Positions 44,029 through 55,059 are shown, counted from the stretch's first letter. The stretch is 64,000 bases of DNA from an uncultured Phycisphaerales bacterium (GCA_963755915.1 CAVWLP010000001.1:29187-93186); one strand, 5' to 3'. Numbers and translations: made by a program. The notes: generated by a model not told the origin, from the sequence alone.

Positions 44029-45761
44029 CTACGGTGAATGCGGCGTCGTGAGGGCCTCGTCGATCGTGCCAATGTACGAAAGTTTTTCCTCGGGGATGGA
44101 GTCGAACTGACCCTCCAGGATCATTCGGCAACCACGAATTGTTTCGCTCGTGGTAACAAACTTTCCCGGTCGGTGTGAATGCGGCTCAGCGACGAAGAAA
44201 GGCGTGGTCATGAACCGCTGCAGTTTGCGGGCGCGGGATACGAGTAATCGGTCGCCGGCATTCAATTGACTCATCCGGGTCTGCGCGAAGTCGCGGGAAC
44301 GACGCGCGGCGCGGTCTCTTTCCCTGCAGGCGATCAGTTCCAGCAGGACGGGGTCAATCATCAATTCCTTGGCCTGACGGAGTATTTCCCGTATTTGGCG
44401 GACAACGGACAGGTGCTCGGCGCCAAGATCGCCGTCGGACAAAATGGAACGTGAATGGTGGGGATCCACGGCGGGGTACAAGCCATCAACGGCCAGAAGA
44501 ATATTGGAATAAATCGCGGTATCGAATGCGGAAGACCTGGCAGCGTAATCAGCGTCAGTCGCGTGGTCGCTGAGTATCCAAAATGTTTGCAGGCCGCCAA
44601 CGACGTCTCCCGGGTAATCCTTTTCCTTGGTGAGCATGCCGCGCACGGAGTCGGGTTCCTGACGGTCCACCAAATACAAAATATTCAGGTGGGATGAGTT
44701 TGCTGGACCGCCCAGACGGCGCAGCAATTCCTCGACCAAAACAATGCGCCCGACACCCTGAATGCCGAAAAGCGCGACGTTGCCATCGGCCAGGAGCGGG
44801 CAAAACAGGTCGATGGGCTTGATACCGGTTTCAATGATCTGCCGGGTGGCGCCGTGCGCAGTCGAGCGGCGACGCGTTCCAAATCAGCATCGGAGACGGG
44901 CGAGACGCCGACGAATGGGGTCAGGGCGACGCCAACGGCGCCGGTGTTCATTACTTTCATACCTGGGGCAACATCCTGGATTTGACCCGTCGCGATACAG
45001 CGGACAAGCCCCTCATCGCGTCTCTGCATGACCTTCATCCGTTCGACGGCCTTTCCGGCGGTGTCTGCGATGACGAGCGCGTCAAAGAGGTCAGGAACCT
45101 GGTGGTGCTCGAAGCGCACGTCGACGAGGGGTCCGTCGACTGACATGACGGTGCCGACGACGAGGTCGGGACGCGGTGAGATGGGTTGTTGGCTGAGAGT
45201 GTTGGCAACCATTTTGGATAACTCCTCTTTCAATTTAAGACGAGCGGAGTGCAGGCGGTTGTCGATGGTGGTGATCGGCAGATTGAGAAACGCCGCCACA
45301 TCGCGACGCGAGCATTCATGCAGATAGAACAGCGAGATCGCTTCACGCTCCGGGGACGGCAGGCGATCGACCAGCGACAAAAGGAGCCGGCCATTTTCGC
45401 GGTTGGCGGCGTGATCTTCAGGTCCGATGTTGTCGGACCATGAATCAGCGGCCTGGGCCAGTGGTGCGAAGTCCTGATCGAGCTTGCGGAGGACCCGGTG
45501 GCATTGGTGGCGGACGATCGAGCGAAGCCATCCACCGAACGCCTCCGGGTCCTGCAATCCTGAAAGCGACAGGTATGCGGCGACGAAGGACTCCTGTACG
45601 GCATCTTGTGCCAAATGCAGATCGGGCAGGAAAGCCAGTGCCTGGGCCATGGCCGCGTCGCAGTATCGCTGCACCAGAATCGAGAATGCACTGGCATCGC
45701 CACTGGCGGCTGTCCGGACACACGCGGCAAGATCGAATGTTGCTTCAAAAGCCTGCGTCAT
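44029..45761 (-). CDS. ECF sigma factor fused to degenerate F1-ATP synthase beta-like domain (frameshift near 44850)
   Basis: Sigma2 AQDAVQESF..FGGWL and sigma4 REAISLFYL..TIDNRLHSAR, in frame with GTVMSVDGPLVDVRF; then in the shifted frame ETGIKPIDLFCP, GIQGVGRI, GLYPAVDP, RARKLQRFMTTPFFVAE, YIGTIDEA. Confidence 0.85.
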
Positions 45762-45961
45762 GCGTAAAGTTCTCAGTTATATAGTGCCGGATGGAGGGCG
45801 GGCGCTTTGCCCGAATACAATTTTTTGTTTGGGGCCCCGCGATGGCGGTTCGACGGAGCGCACCGAAGTCCATCGCGGGGCTTTTGGGGGAGGGAGAGGA
45901 TTTCAGATTTGAGATTTTAGAAGGGGAAGGGCGCGCCGTGGCGGTTTCGGGGGAGGATATT

Positions 45962-46001
45962 TCCGCGGGTGCGAGTACCCTGCGGCTTTGGTACGGGTGG
46001 T
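45962..46001. repeat. 40-bp direct repeat, right copy
   Basis: tccgcgggtgcgagtaccctgcggctttggtacgggtggt. Confidence 0.85.
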
Positions 46002-46125
46002 TGGTGGTGGTTTGGTGGGTTGTGTGGGAGCGGGGCGGCTTGGGTGGCGTTAAAATCGGGGCGGGGACGCCCCGGGTCAGGCTTGGGGCGGGGCGGCGGG
46101 GTGTTCCGGGGTTCCTTTGGGAGAA

Positions 46126-47541
<1,416 letters not shown>

Positions 47542-47732
47542 CGCAGGTGTCCAATGGTGTTTCGTGAGAACAACGGTTGCTATTTTTAACCATCGGCACA
47601 AAACGATGTTTACGCTAAGCGACGTTTGAAATTTTGGATGATTTTATAGCACAGGCGGGATTTTTTACCGGACGCTCGTGTAACATCGGGGAAAGGTTGG
47701 TTCAACCGTCAACAAGGGAAGGTTGCAGAGTC

Positions 47733-48848
47733 ATGCGAATCGGAGTTCCAAAAGAAATTAAGCCGGATGAATACCGGGTCTCCATGATGCCTGTCGGCGT
47801 CGAGACGCTGACCAAGAGCGGGCATCAGGTTTTCGTGGAGGCTTCCGCCGGCGTTTCCAGCGGGTTCAGCGATGAAGATTACGTTAAGGCGGGAGCGACG
47901 ATTGTTCCCGGGCATCAGGAAGCTTTTGCCGGGATGGAGATGATCATCAAGGTGAAGGAGCCGATGGGCTCGGAGATCGGGCTCTTCCGTCCGGGGCAGA
48001 TCGTTTTCACCTATTTCCATTTCGCGGCTTCGCCGGAGCTGACCCAGGCGTGCATGGAAGCGGAAATCGTGGCGATCGCGTATGAGACGATCAAGGACCG
48101 CGCGGGCCGGCTTCCCTGCCTGACGCCGATGAGCGAAATTGCCGGGAAGATGAGCATCCAGGAGGGGGCGAAATATCTGGAAAAACCAATGATGGGGCGG
48201 GGGATTTTGCTTGGGGGAGTGCCGGGCGTGGCGCCGGCGGATGTGGTGGTGCTGGGCGCGGGCGTGGTGGGGACGCACGCGGCCCGCGTGGCGGCGGGGC
48301 TGGGGGCGAACGTGGCGCTCATGGACATCAATCTCGATCGGTTGCGATATCTCTCGGATGTCATGCCGGCCAACGTGCAGACGATCTTCAGCGACGCCCA
48401 CACGGTGCGCGAGCATCTGCGGCATGCCGACCTGGTCATCGGCGCTGTGCTGATCCCCGGCGCAAAGGCGCCCCGACTGGTATCGCGGCTGGACTTGGTG
48501 GAGATGCGCAACGGCAGCGTGATCGTCGATGTCGCGATCGATCAGGGGGGCTGCGTGGAAACGAGCCGGCCGACGACGCATCAGCAGCCAACGTTTGTCG
48601 TCGAGGGTGTCGTTCATTACTGCGTGACCAATATGCCCGGCGCGGTGGGGCGCACGAGCACGATTGCACTGTGCAATGCGACGCTGCCTTATGCGCTGAG
48701 GATCGCCAACCGCGGGTTCGAGAAGGCGGCCGGGGAAGATCCGGGGCTGGCGGAAGGAATCAACCTGGCGGGCGGAAGGATCACCAATTCGGTGGTGGCG
48801 GAGTCGCTGCACATGCAGCACAAGCCGCTGCGGGCCAAAGCGGGGTAG
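47733..48848 (+). CDS. ald: Alanine dehydrogenase
   Basis: MRIGVPKEIK, KVKEP, PMSEIAG, GAGVVG, DVAIDQGG, NMPGAV. Confidence 0.96.
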   Translation: MRIGVPKEIKPDEYRVSMMPVGVETLTKSGHQVFVEASAGVSSGFSDEDYVKAGATIVPGHQEAFAGMEMIIKVKEPMGSEIGLFRPGQIVFTYFHFAASPELTQACMEAEIVAIAYETIKDRAGRLPCLTPMSEIAGKMSIQEGAKYLEKPMMGRGILLGGVPGVAPADVVVLGAGVVGTHAARVAAGLGANVALMDINLDRLRYLSDVMPANVQTIFSDAHTVREHLRHADLVIGAVLIPGAKAPRLVSRLDLVEMRNGSVIVDVAIDQGGCVETSRPTTHQQPTFVVEGVVHYCVTNMPGAVGRTSTIALCNATLPYALRIANRGFEKAAGEDPGLAEGINLAGGRITNSVVAESLHMQHKPLRAKAG

Positions 48849-48853
48849 TTAAA

Positions 48854-49174
48854 ATGGGTGCCGAGACGTCGCGACTGGAGAAATTGCAGGGGATGCTGGA
48901 AAAGTCTCCCGGGGATACTTTTCTGCTTTATGCGATGGCGCTGGAGCACCGAAAATTGGGGGATGCCAAAGCCGCGCTGAAATATCTCGACAGCGTGATC
49001 CAGCACGATTGGGGTTACTGTTACGCGTATCACCAGAAGGGGCAGATTCTGGAATCATCGGGAGATTTGGACGGCGCCCGGCAGGCGTATCGGGAGGGGA
49101 TCGACGCAGCCCAGCGCAAAGGGGATCAGCACGCGGCGCAGGAAATAGCCGCGGCGCTGAGCATGATCGAATAG
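48854..49174 (+). CDS. Small TPR protein
   Basis: YAMALE, AYHQKGQILE..ARQAYREGI TPR pattern. Confidence 0.8.
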   Translation: MGAETSRLEKLQGMLEKSPGDTFLLYAMALEHRKLGDAKAALKYLDSVIQHDWGYCYAYHQKGQILESSGDLDGARQAYREGIDAAQRKGDQHAAQEIAAALSMIE

Positions 49175-49178
49175 CCCG

Positions 49179-50085
49179 ATGCCGAATCAATTCCTCGATT
49201 TTCTGCACAAACCGCACTGGGCCCGCCAGCAGAAGTGGCGGTATGCGATCTGGTCGAACATGGCCCGGCTTGGGCTGACCGGGATGCACGCGCTGCCGGT
49301 GAATCGGCGCTGGGTAGAGATTCATCGCCGGCTGATGGTGCTGAGCAATCTCGATCCAGCCATGGAGGGGTGGAAGGTGGTGCAGATTTCCGATCTGCAT
49401 TACAGCCCGGTGGTGTGGCGGAAATATCTGATCCAGTTTATGCACTGGGTGAACGATCTGGAGCCGCAAGTTGTTGTCGTTACCGGTGATTTGATCACGG
49501 GCGGATATCGTTATGCGGATCGTATTGCCACGTTGCTGTCGCACGTGAAAGCGCCACACGGGGTGATCTGCACGTTCGGCAATCACGACTACAGCATTTA
49601 CGGAAAGCGGGTCAACGGAGAGGGGAAGCGGCGGGCGGATTTTCTGGAATCGGCGCCTGCGCAAGCGCGGCCTCATCGTGCTGCGGAATGAGTCGCTGAC
49701 GCTCAACGCGCCGGGTGCGACAAAGCCGCTGGTGATCGTGGGACTTGATGACGAGTGGTCGGGGAACATCGATCCGCGGCGGGCGTTTGGGGATGTGGAT
49801 TCATCGCTGCCGATCATCTGCCTCAATCACAATCCCGTGAACGTGCGCGAGCTATTGGAATATCCCTGGCAGTGGATGCTGAGCGGACATACGCACGGCC
49901 GGCAAGTGGCGACGAGCAAAGTCGGGCGGGCGCTTTATCCGCATCGCTATCGCCATTACACGCACGGATATTATTCGGTCGCCGGACGGCATCTGTACGT
50001 CAACCGCGGGCTGAGCTACGGCCAACGCGTGCAGGATTGGTGCAAGCCGGAGATTTCGGTGTTCACGCTCAAGGCTGGGGAGTGA
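49179..50085 (+). CDS. Metallophosphoesterase (YkuE-like; frameshift near 49660)
   Basis: SDLH, TGD, GNHD, HNP, SGHTHG, NRGL. Confidence 0.88.
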
Positions 50086-50094
50086 CGGCGGGGA

Positions 50095-50285
50095 CTAGAG
50101 CAGTTTCATTTCATTCGTAGCGTCCGCGTCGCCTTCGGCGACCCCTTCGGGGTTGCTTTGGGCGAGGTTGTCCGCGGCGTCATCCCTCCTCAACGGGTCT
50201 ATTCAAACCCGCTTCGTCGCTCTTCCTTGCGGCCGACCTCGCCCAAAGCAACGCAGACGCTACGACTGAAATGAAAATGCTCTAG
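50095..50285. mobile_element. MITE-like non-autonomous element bounded by CTAG
   Basis: Left ctagagcagtttcatttcattcgtagcgtccgcgt vs right-end reverse complement ctagagcattttcatttcagtcgtagcgtctgcgt (32/35); inner arms tgctttgggcgaggt/acctcgcccaaagca; no ORF. Confidence 0.7.
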
Positions 50286-50572
50286 GCAGTGAGATCGAGG
50301 CTGTCGCCGTCGGCGGGGGTTTCGGATTCCTCTTCATTTTTCTTGCGGGAATAGGTCCCTTTTCCCTGCTGGCGGGGATGGCTGTCGCCGGCGGTGGGAG
50401 GGAGCTCATCGGGGCTGGCGACGGATTCTTCGACTTCCTCTTCCGACGACGCGGCCGTGTTCTTAAGCTGGTCCTGGCGATGGCGAATCTGCTCCGCCTT
50501 GCCAAGCTCCTGCTGGCGCTGGGCCATGGGCGTTTGAACGATCGACCCGAGGATGGGATTGATCTGACTCAT
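50282..50572 (-). CDS. Small acidic hypothetical protein ending LDLTA
   Basis: MSQINPILGSIVQ..SLDLTA; its stop codon is the CTAG at the MITE end. Confidence 0.6.
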   Translation of the reverse strand: MSQINPILGSIVQTPMAQRQQELGKAEQIRHRQDQLKNTAASSEEEVEESVASPDELPPTAGDSHPRQQGKGTYSRKKNEEESETPADGDSLDLTA

Positions 50573-50988
50573 ATTGCTGCCGGTTGAATTTTCTCCCCCA
50601 GGGTTCCGTCTCTTCAAACCGGCGTGTCCTACGGAAGTAATTATCGGCAAAAGTTCCCTCTCTTCTCATCCCATTTTTCGCGCCATTTGCTTAGTCCCAA
50701 AAAGGGGGGGATCGAAAAATACGCTGAAAACGCGGACGTAATTTACGTCAAACGCGGCAGGGACGTTTTGAATTCCCGCAGTTAACGCGCCAGCCTTCAT
50801 GCGAGGCTCATTTTCTCTTCATTTTTCTGGCACGTTTCTGAAGGCGGGGTAAGTTCCAGTCGTCAGCCATTTCCGGCCATCAGCTAAGGCAACCCGGACT
50901 GGTTTGGAGAAACACTGCGGAAAGCAGAGGCGCGCGACGTTCGCGCACCGCTGGGCCGCTGGAGACCTAATTCCTGAAAGGGACTGCA

Positions 50989-51510
50989 ATGTTTAAGCGC
51001 ATGGGACTTGGATTCACCTGCCTGGCACTTGCCTTTTCCGCCTACTGCGGATCGAGCTACTGCCGGGCCAGCGTCATCCCCACTTGGGGTGGAGATGGCA
51101 AGTACGACCAGAAGGACGACAAGCACGACGGCAAAATCGACTTCAAGTCGGACAAGGACTGCAAGGACATCCTTAAAGACCTCAAAGGCGATAAGGAATG
51201 CGAAATCGGCAAAGGCGATAAATTCGACAAGAAGGGATTCGAACTCGTCTGCCTGATGGATTACCTCAAGGATCATTCCCATTGCAACGTCCCCCCCAAG
51301 GGCGATTGCGATCCTGATCCCTGCAAGGGCGACGGCAACGACGGCGGCTGCCAGCCGGTCTGCCCGACCGATCCTGGGTGTGGCGACGGTGGCTGCTCCT
51401 GCGCCTCGGTGCCCGCTCCGGCGGCCTCGGCGATGAGCGGATTCGGCCTCCTGGGCGTGATCGCTGCCGGCTGGATTAAGTCCCGCCGCAACGCCAAGTC
51501 CTACTGCTAA
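50989..51510 (+). CDS. Cys/Asp/Lys-rich exported protein with PEP-CTERM-like VPAP sorting tail
   Basis: Signal peptide; ASVPAPAASAMSGFGLLGVIAAGWIKSRR. Confidence 0.78.
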   Translation: MFKRMGLGFTCLALAFSAYCGSSYCRASVIPTWGGDGKYDQKDDKHDGKIDFKSDKDCKDILKDLKGDKECEIGKGDKFDKKGFELVCLMDYLKDHSHCNVPPKGDCDPDPCKGDGNDGGCQPVCPTDPGCGDGGCSCASVPAPAASAMSGFGLLGVIAAGWIKSRRNAKSYC

Positions 51511-51535
51511 TTGAACGGTTCTGCATCCCCTACTC

Positions 51536-51568
51536 GGCCGGGAGGCTCGTTGCCTCCCGGCCTCTTTT
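51536..51568 (+). terminator. Intrinsic terminator
   Basis: ggccgggaggc/gcctcccggcc plus tctttt. Confidence 0.75.
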
Positions 51569-51956
51569 CGTTGGGGTTTTGCTGATTTCCCAGTGCAATT
51601 TTTGCCATGTGCGATTCGCGCCATGCCCCGGCGGCCCGCGGGCATTGCGCCATTTTCACCAGATTAACTTGAAGCCCTTTTGCGAAGCCCGGCAGCGGGG
51701 GTTGTGCAGCAGTTGCACGCAGTGCGCACGGAAAAGATTCCCCCACTTCAACGCGCCGGAGGAGTCCGAAGCCCGAAAAACGCTTCAAGGTCCGACTTGC
51801 GGGGCAAAAGGGGGATAGATTCATGTCAAGTTCATTTCACTGCTATGTGGATCACGCCGGCGCAAGTGAGCGCCGGGAATCGAAACGGTTGATTGGGTTT
51901 CAAATCGACGATCTGCACGTTGCGGGAAAGAACGACGTACCAAAGAGGATAGAAAC

Positions 51957-52463
51957 ATGAAAAAGTTTTTGTGGGCGAGTGCAGCGGGGATTCTGATCGG
52001 GCTTCCGAGCCTGTCCAGGGCTTCGGTGCTGACGTTTGAGATCAGCGGGACGCAATACGAGCTTCTGTTCAACCCCCAGGGCAGCGGAGGGTGCGATCTG
52101 CCCAGTTCCTGCTACTACCGCTCCTACAATTGCGTGATCGGCCAGAAGCCGGTCTATCCGACGATTGTCTTCACGCCCCCGCCGCCTCCGAAGGGCAACA
52201 ACACGCCTCCGGGCGGCAACAAGCCGGGGAATCCTGGGCCCCCCAACAATCCGCCCAGCAATCCGACGAATGGGGATGTGAACCCCCCTGGTCCGCCCGA
52301 TAACGGTCCGACCACGCCGACCAACCCCGGTGGAGACATGGGTGGCGGTGGATGCGATCCGGCTTCGGTTCCGGCGCCCAACTCGGCCGCCATGGCAGGC
52401 GCCGGCCTCGCCGCAATGGGCCTGTTCCGCTGGCTTCGTTCGCGCCGGCAAGTCCAAGCGTAA
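51957..52463 (+). CDS. Pro/Asn/Gly-rich exported protein with PEP-CTERM-like VPAP sorting tail
   Basis: AGAGGA RBS; signal peptide; ASVPAPNSAAMAGAGLAAMGLFRWLRSRR. Confidence 0.78.
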   Translation: MKKFLWASAAGILIGLPSLSRASVLTFEISGTQYELLFNPQGSGGCDLPSSCYYRSYNCVIGQKPVYPTIVFTPPPPPKGNNTPPGGNKPGNPGPPNNPPSNPTNGDVNPPGPPDNGPTTPTNPGGDMGGGGCDPASVPAPNSAAMAGAGLAAMGLFRWLRSRRQVQA

Positions 52464-52501
52464 AGCCGGCTTCTTGATAACATAGTCGTTACAAACCCAC
52501 C

Positions 52502-52533
52502 AGCCCTTCCCGGCGATCCGGGAAGGGCTTTTT
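52502..52533 (+). terminator. Intrinsic terminator
   Basis: agcccttcccgg/ccgggaagggct plus T-run. Confidence 0.8.
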
Positions 52534-52644
52534 GATGCGGTGGATTGTTAAGACAGCGGCGATTTCGGCCGATGCCGTGGGTTAGCGCCCCTGAATTGGG
52601 AAGCCGTCGCGATTGATATGACCCCATCTGATGGAGGCATTTTC

Positions 52645-52813
52645 ATGTCCCGCATTCTCAAATCGCTGACGCATATCGCCCACGACGAGTCCGGCGGCGA
52701 AGTCATCGAGTACGCTATCGTCGCTGGTCTTATTTCCATTGCCGCCATCGCGGTCATCGGCACCTTTGGCAGCAAGGTGCTGGCGCTGGAACTCGGTCAA
52801 CAGCAGCCTCTAA
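52645..52813 (+). CDS. Flp/Fap type IVb pilin (frameshift near 52785)
   Basis: GGAGG RBS; DESGGEVIEYAIVAGLISIAAIAVI; the corrected frame ends WNSVNSSL*. Confidence 0.8.
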
Positions 52814-52826
52814 ACCCAACCCGCAC

Positions 52827-53765
52827 TCAGAGACCGCGATACTCGCGGTTTCCAGCCCCGACCAGGGCGAGCAACGCGTTTTGCTCGCTAACGCCGCGAG
52901 CAGCGGCAATTTCCGCTTCCGTCAATCCATCCCCCAGTAAGACGACTTCGCCGCCGGTTTTGTCACCGGGCCCGATTTCAACCAGTGCCGTTTGCATCCC
53001 CACTTCGCGAATCAGCCGGCGTGCTCCGTTGACCAGGCACGGGCCTACCGCCAGACCCTGCGAATAACCGCCAAAGATCACGCCGAACCGGTCGGCGACA
53101 AACCCGCTGTATCCCGCCGGCGACCTTCCCTCATGCGTCTCAACGAGCGGCGTGGCAACGCGAACCGCCCCCCGATAAATCGCCATGCCTGGACGCACCG
53201 CATCGAGGTACGCCTCCGGGTGATCGAGCAGCGCCGAGGCCGCCGCGTGAAGCCGCAGCCCGCGCCCGCCTGCCAGAGCCTTTAGTTTTCGCACGTGCTC
53301 AATTTGGAAGGCATGCGTGAAAGCTTCGTCGATCGCGCCGGCAGAGATCACCGAATCGATCTGATCCTTCTCGCAGGCAAATCGCCGCATTCCGGTGTCG
53401 ACGCAGAGGATGGGTCGCGCTTCGCGGAGTCTTCTCGCTTCTTCGCCCGTCCATACGGACGGGCGAACATGGGCGGCGATAAATCTTTCCGGCTTGATTC
53501 CCTGAGATGGACCCAGGGTCATCGCAGGCTTATGCGTGATGTCCCATAGTGAAATCGCTTCGGCCTCGTCGAGACTGAAGAGGCAGAACCCGGAAACAAG
53601 ATCTGCAATCGCCCTGGCGATTGGCGCCGCGCCCAGACCGTAGGCATCGGCCTTGATCACGGCGATGACATCGACGCCCGTCCGCCGGCGGATTTCGGTC
53701 ACATTATCGCGGATGCGATCCAGGTCCACCGTTACGCGAACCTGTTTGCTTGGAAATGCAGCCAT
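52827..53765 (-). CDS. alr: Alanine racemase (compact)
   Basis: AVIKADAYGLGA PLP-lysine, VDTGMRR, VRPG, GYS, VGMQ. Confidence 0.85.
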   Translation of the reverse strand: MAAFPSKQVRVTVDLDRIRDNVTEIRRRTGVDVIAVIKADAYGLGAAPIARAIADLVSGFCLFSLDEAEAISLWDITHKPAMTLGPSQGIKPERFIAAHVRPSVWTGEEARRLREARPILCVDTGMRRFACEKDQIDSVISAGAIDEAFTHAFQIEHVRKLKALAGGRGLRLHAAASALLDHPEAYLDAVRPGMAIYRGAVRVATPLVETHEGRSPAGYSGFVADRFGVIFGGYSQGLAVGPCLVNGARRLIREVGMQTALVEIGPGDKTGGEVVLLGDGLTEAEIAAARGVSEQNALLALVGAGNREYRGL

Positions 53766-53830
53766 CTCGAATTTGCATCATAACGGCCTTTCCGCAAGAA
53801 TGCCGTCCCCCTTTATAGGAAACGTGTACT

Positions 53831-55000
53831 ATGGCCGTTAATTACAAACCGGACCCCAAGCTCAAATTCACCTTCGGCCTATGGACGGTCGGCAATACCG
53901 GCCGCGATCCGTTCGGCGGGCCGGTGCGCGAGCAGCTTTCCCCGATGGAGATTTGCGACCTGCTTGGGGACGTGGGCGCTTATGGGGTCAACTTCCACGA
54001 CAACGATCTGGTACCCATCGACGCCTCTCCATCCCAGCGCGATCACATCGTGCGCGAGTTCAAGAAAGCACTGAAGGAAAACGGGCTGGTGGTGCCGATG
54101 GCGACGACGAATCTATTCGGCGATCCCGTGTTCAAGGACGGGGCGTTCACGAGCAACAACGCCAAAATCAGGGCTTACGCGATTCAAAAAACCATGCGGG
54201 CGATGGAGCTGGGCGCGGAATGCGGCGCGAAGATATACGTCTTCTGGGGCGGCCGGGAGGGCGTCGAATCGGATGCCACCAAGAGCCCCGTCGAAGCCAT
54301 CAAGCGCTTCCGCGAGGCGATCAATTTTCTGTGCGAATATAGCATCGACCGGAAGTTCGGATACAGGTTTGCCTTTGAGGCCAAGCCCAATGAGCCGCGC
54401 GGGCATATCTATTTCGCGGTGACCGGAAGCTATCTCGCGTTCATCCCCACGCTCGATCATCCGGAAATGTGCGGCGTGAATCCGGAGGTCGCCCACGAGC
54501 ACATGGCGGGGCTGAACTTCGTGCACCAGGTCGCCGCGGCGCTGGAAGCCAAAAAGCTCTTTCACATCGATCTGAACGACCAGGAATTCGGGCGCTACGA
54601 CCAGGATTTCCGCTTCGGCAGCGTGAACCTCAAGCACGCGTTTTTCCTCGTAAAGCTTCTGGAAGATCATGGCTACAACGGCCCGCGCCATTTCGACGCC
54701 CATGCCTTTCGCCAGAGCAATTACGCGGATGTGAAGGAATTCGCCCGCGGGTGCATGCGGACGTACATGATCCTGAAGGAGAAAGCCGCCCGTTGGAACG
54801 GGGACAAGGAGATTCAGCAGATCGTGAAGACGATCAACGTGCAGGATGCAGGCCTCTCGCAGCTCACGCGCAAATATTCCAAGGCCAATGGCGCCAGGCT
54901 GCTCGATGCCGATTTGGACCGCATCGAGCTGGCATCGGCGCCGCTGCCGTATGAACGGCTCGATCAGTTGACGATGGAACTTCTTATGGGCGTGCGATAA
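53831..55000 (+). CDS. xylA: Xylose isomerase
   Basis: [52 protein letters not shown]. Confidence 0.95.
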   Translation: MAVNYKPDPKLKFTFGLWTVGNTGRDPFGGPVREQLSPMEICDLLGDVGAYGVNFHDNDLVPIDASPSQRDHIVREFKKALKENGLVVPMATTNLFGDPVFKDGAFTSNNAKIRAYAIQKTMRAMELGAECGAKIYVFWGGREGVESDATKSPVEAIKRFREAINFLCEYSIDRKFGYRFAFEAKPNEPRGHIYFAVTGSYLAFIPTLDHPEMCGVNPEVAHEHMAGLNFVHQVAAALEAKKLFHIDLNDQEFGRYDQDFRFGSVNLKHAFFLVKLLEDHGYNGPRHFDAHAFRQSNYADVKEFARGCMRTYMILKEKAARWNGDKEIQQIVKTINVQDAGLSQLTRKYSKANGARLLDADLDRIELASAPLPYERLDQLTMELLMGVR

Positions 55001-55059
55001 GGCGCAGTATCGGGTCCCGATATGCAACCTTCGCGCCGGAGATAGCCGATAAGACAAAG

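Noticed and set aside
44029-45212. A genuine ATP synthase beta subunit (atpD)
   Set aside because: No atp operon, P-loop lacks Lys-Thr, core shortened, DELSEED absent, and fused to a sigma factor; gene symbol withheld.
50828-50843. Sigma54 promoter before the VPAP genes (TGGCACG...)
   Set aside because: No TTGC at the required -12 spacing.
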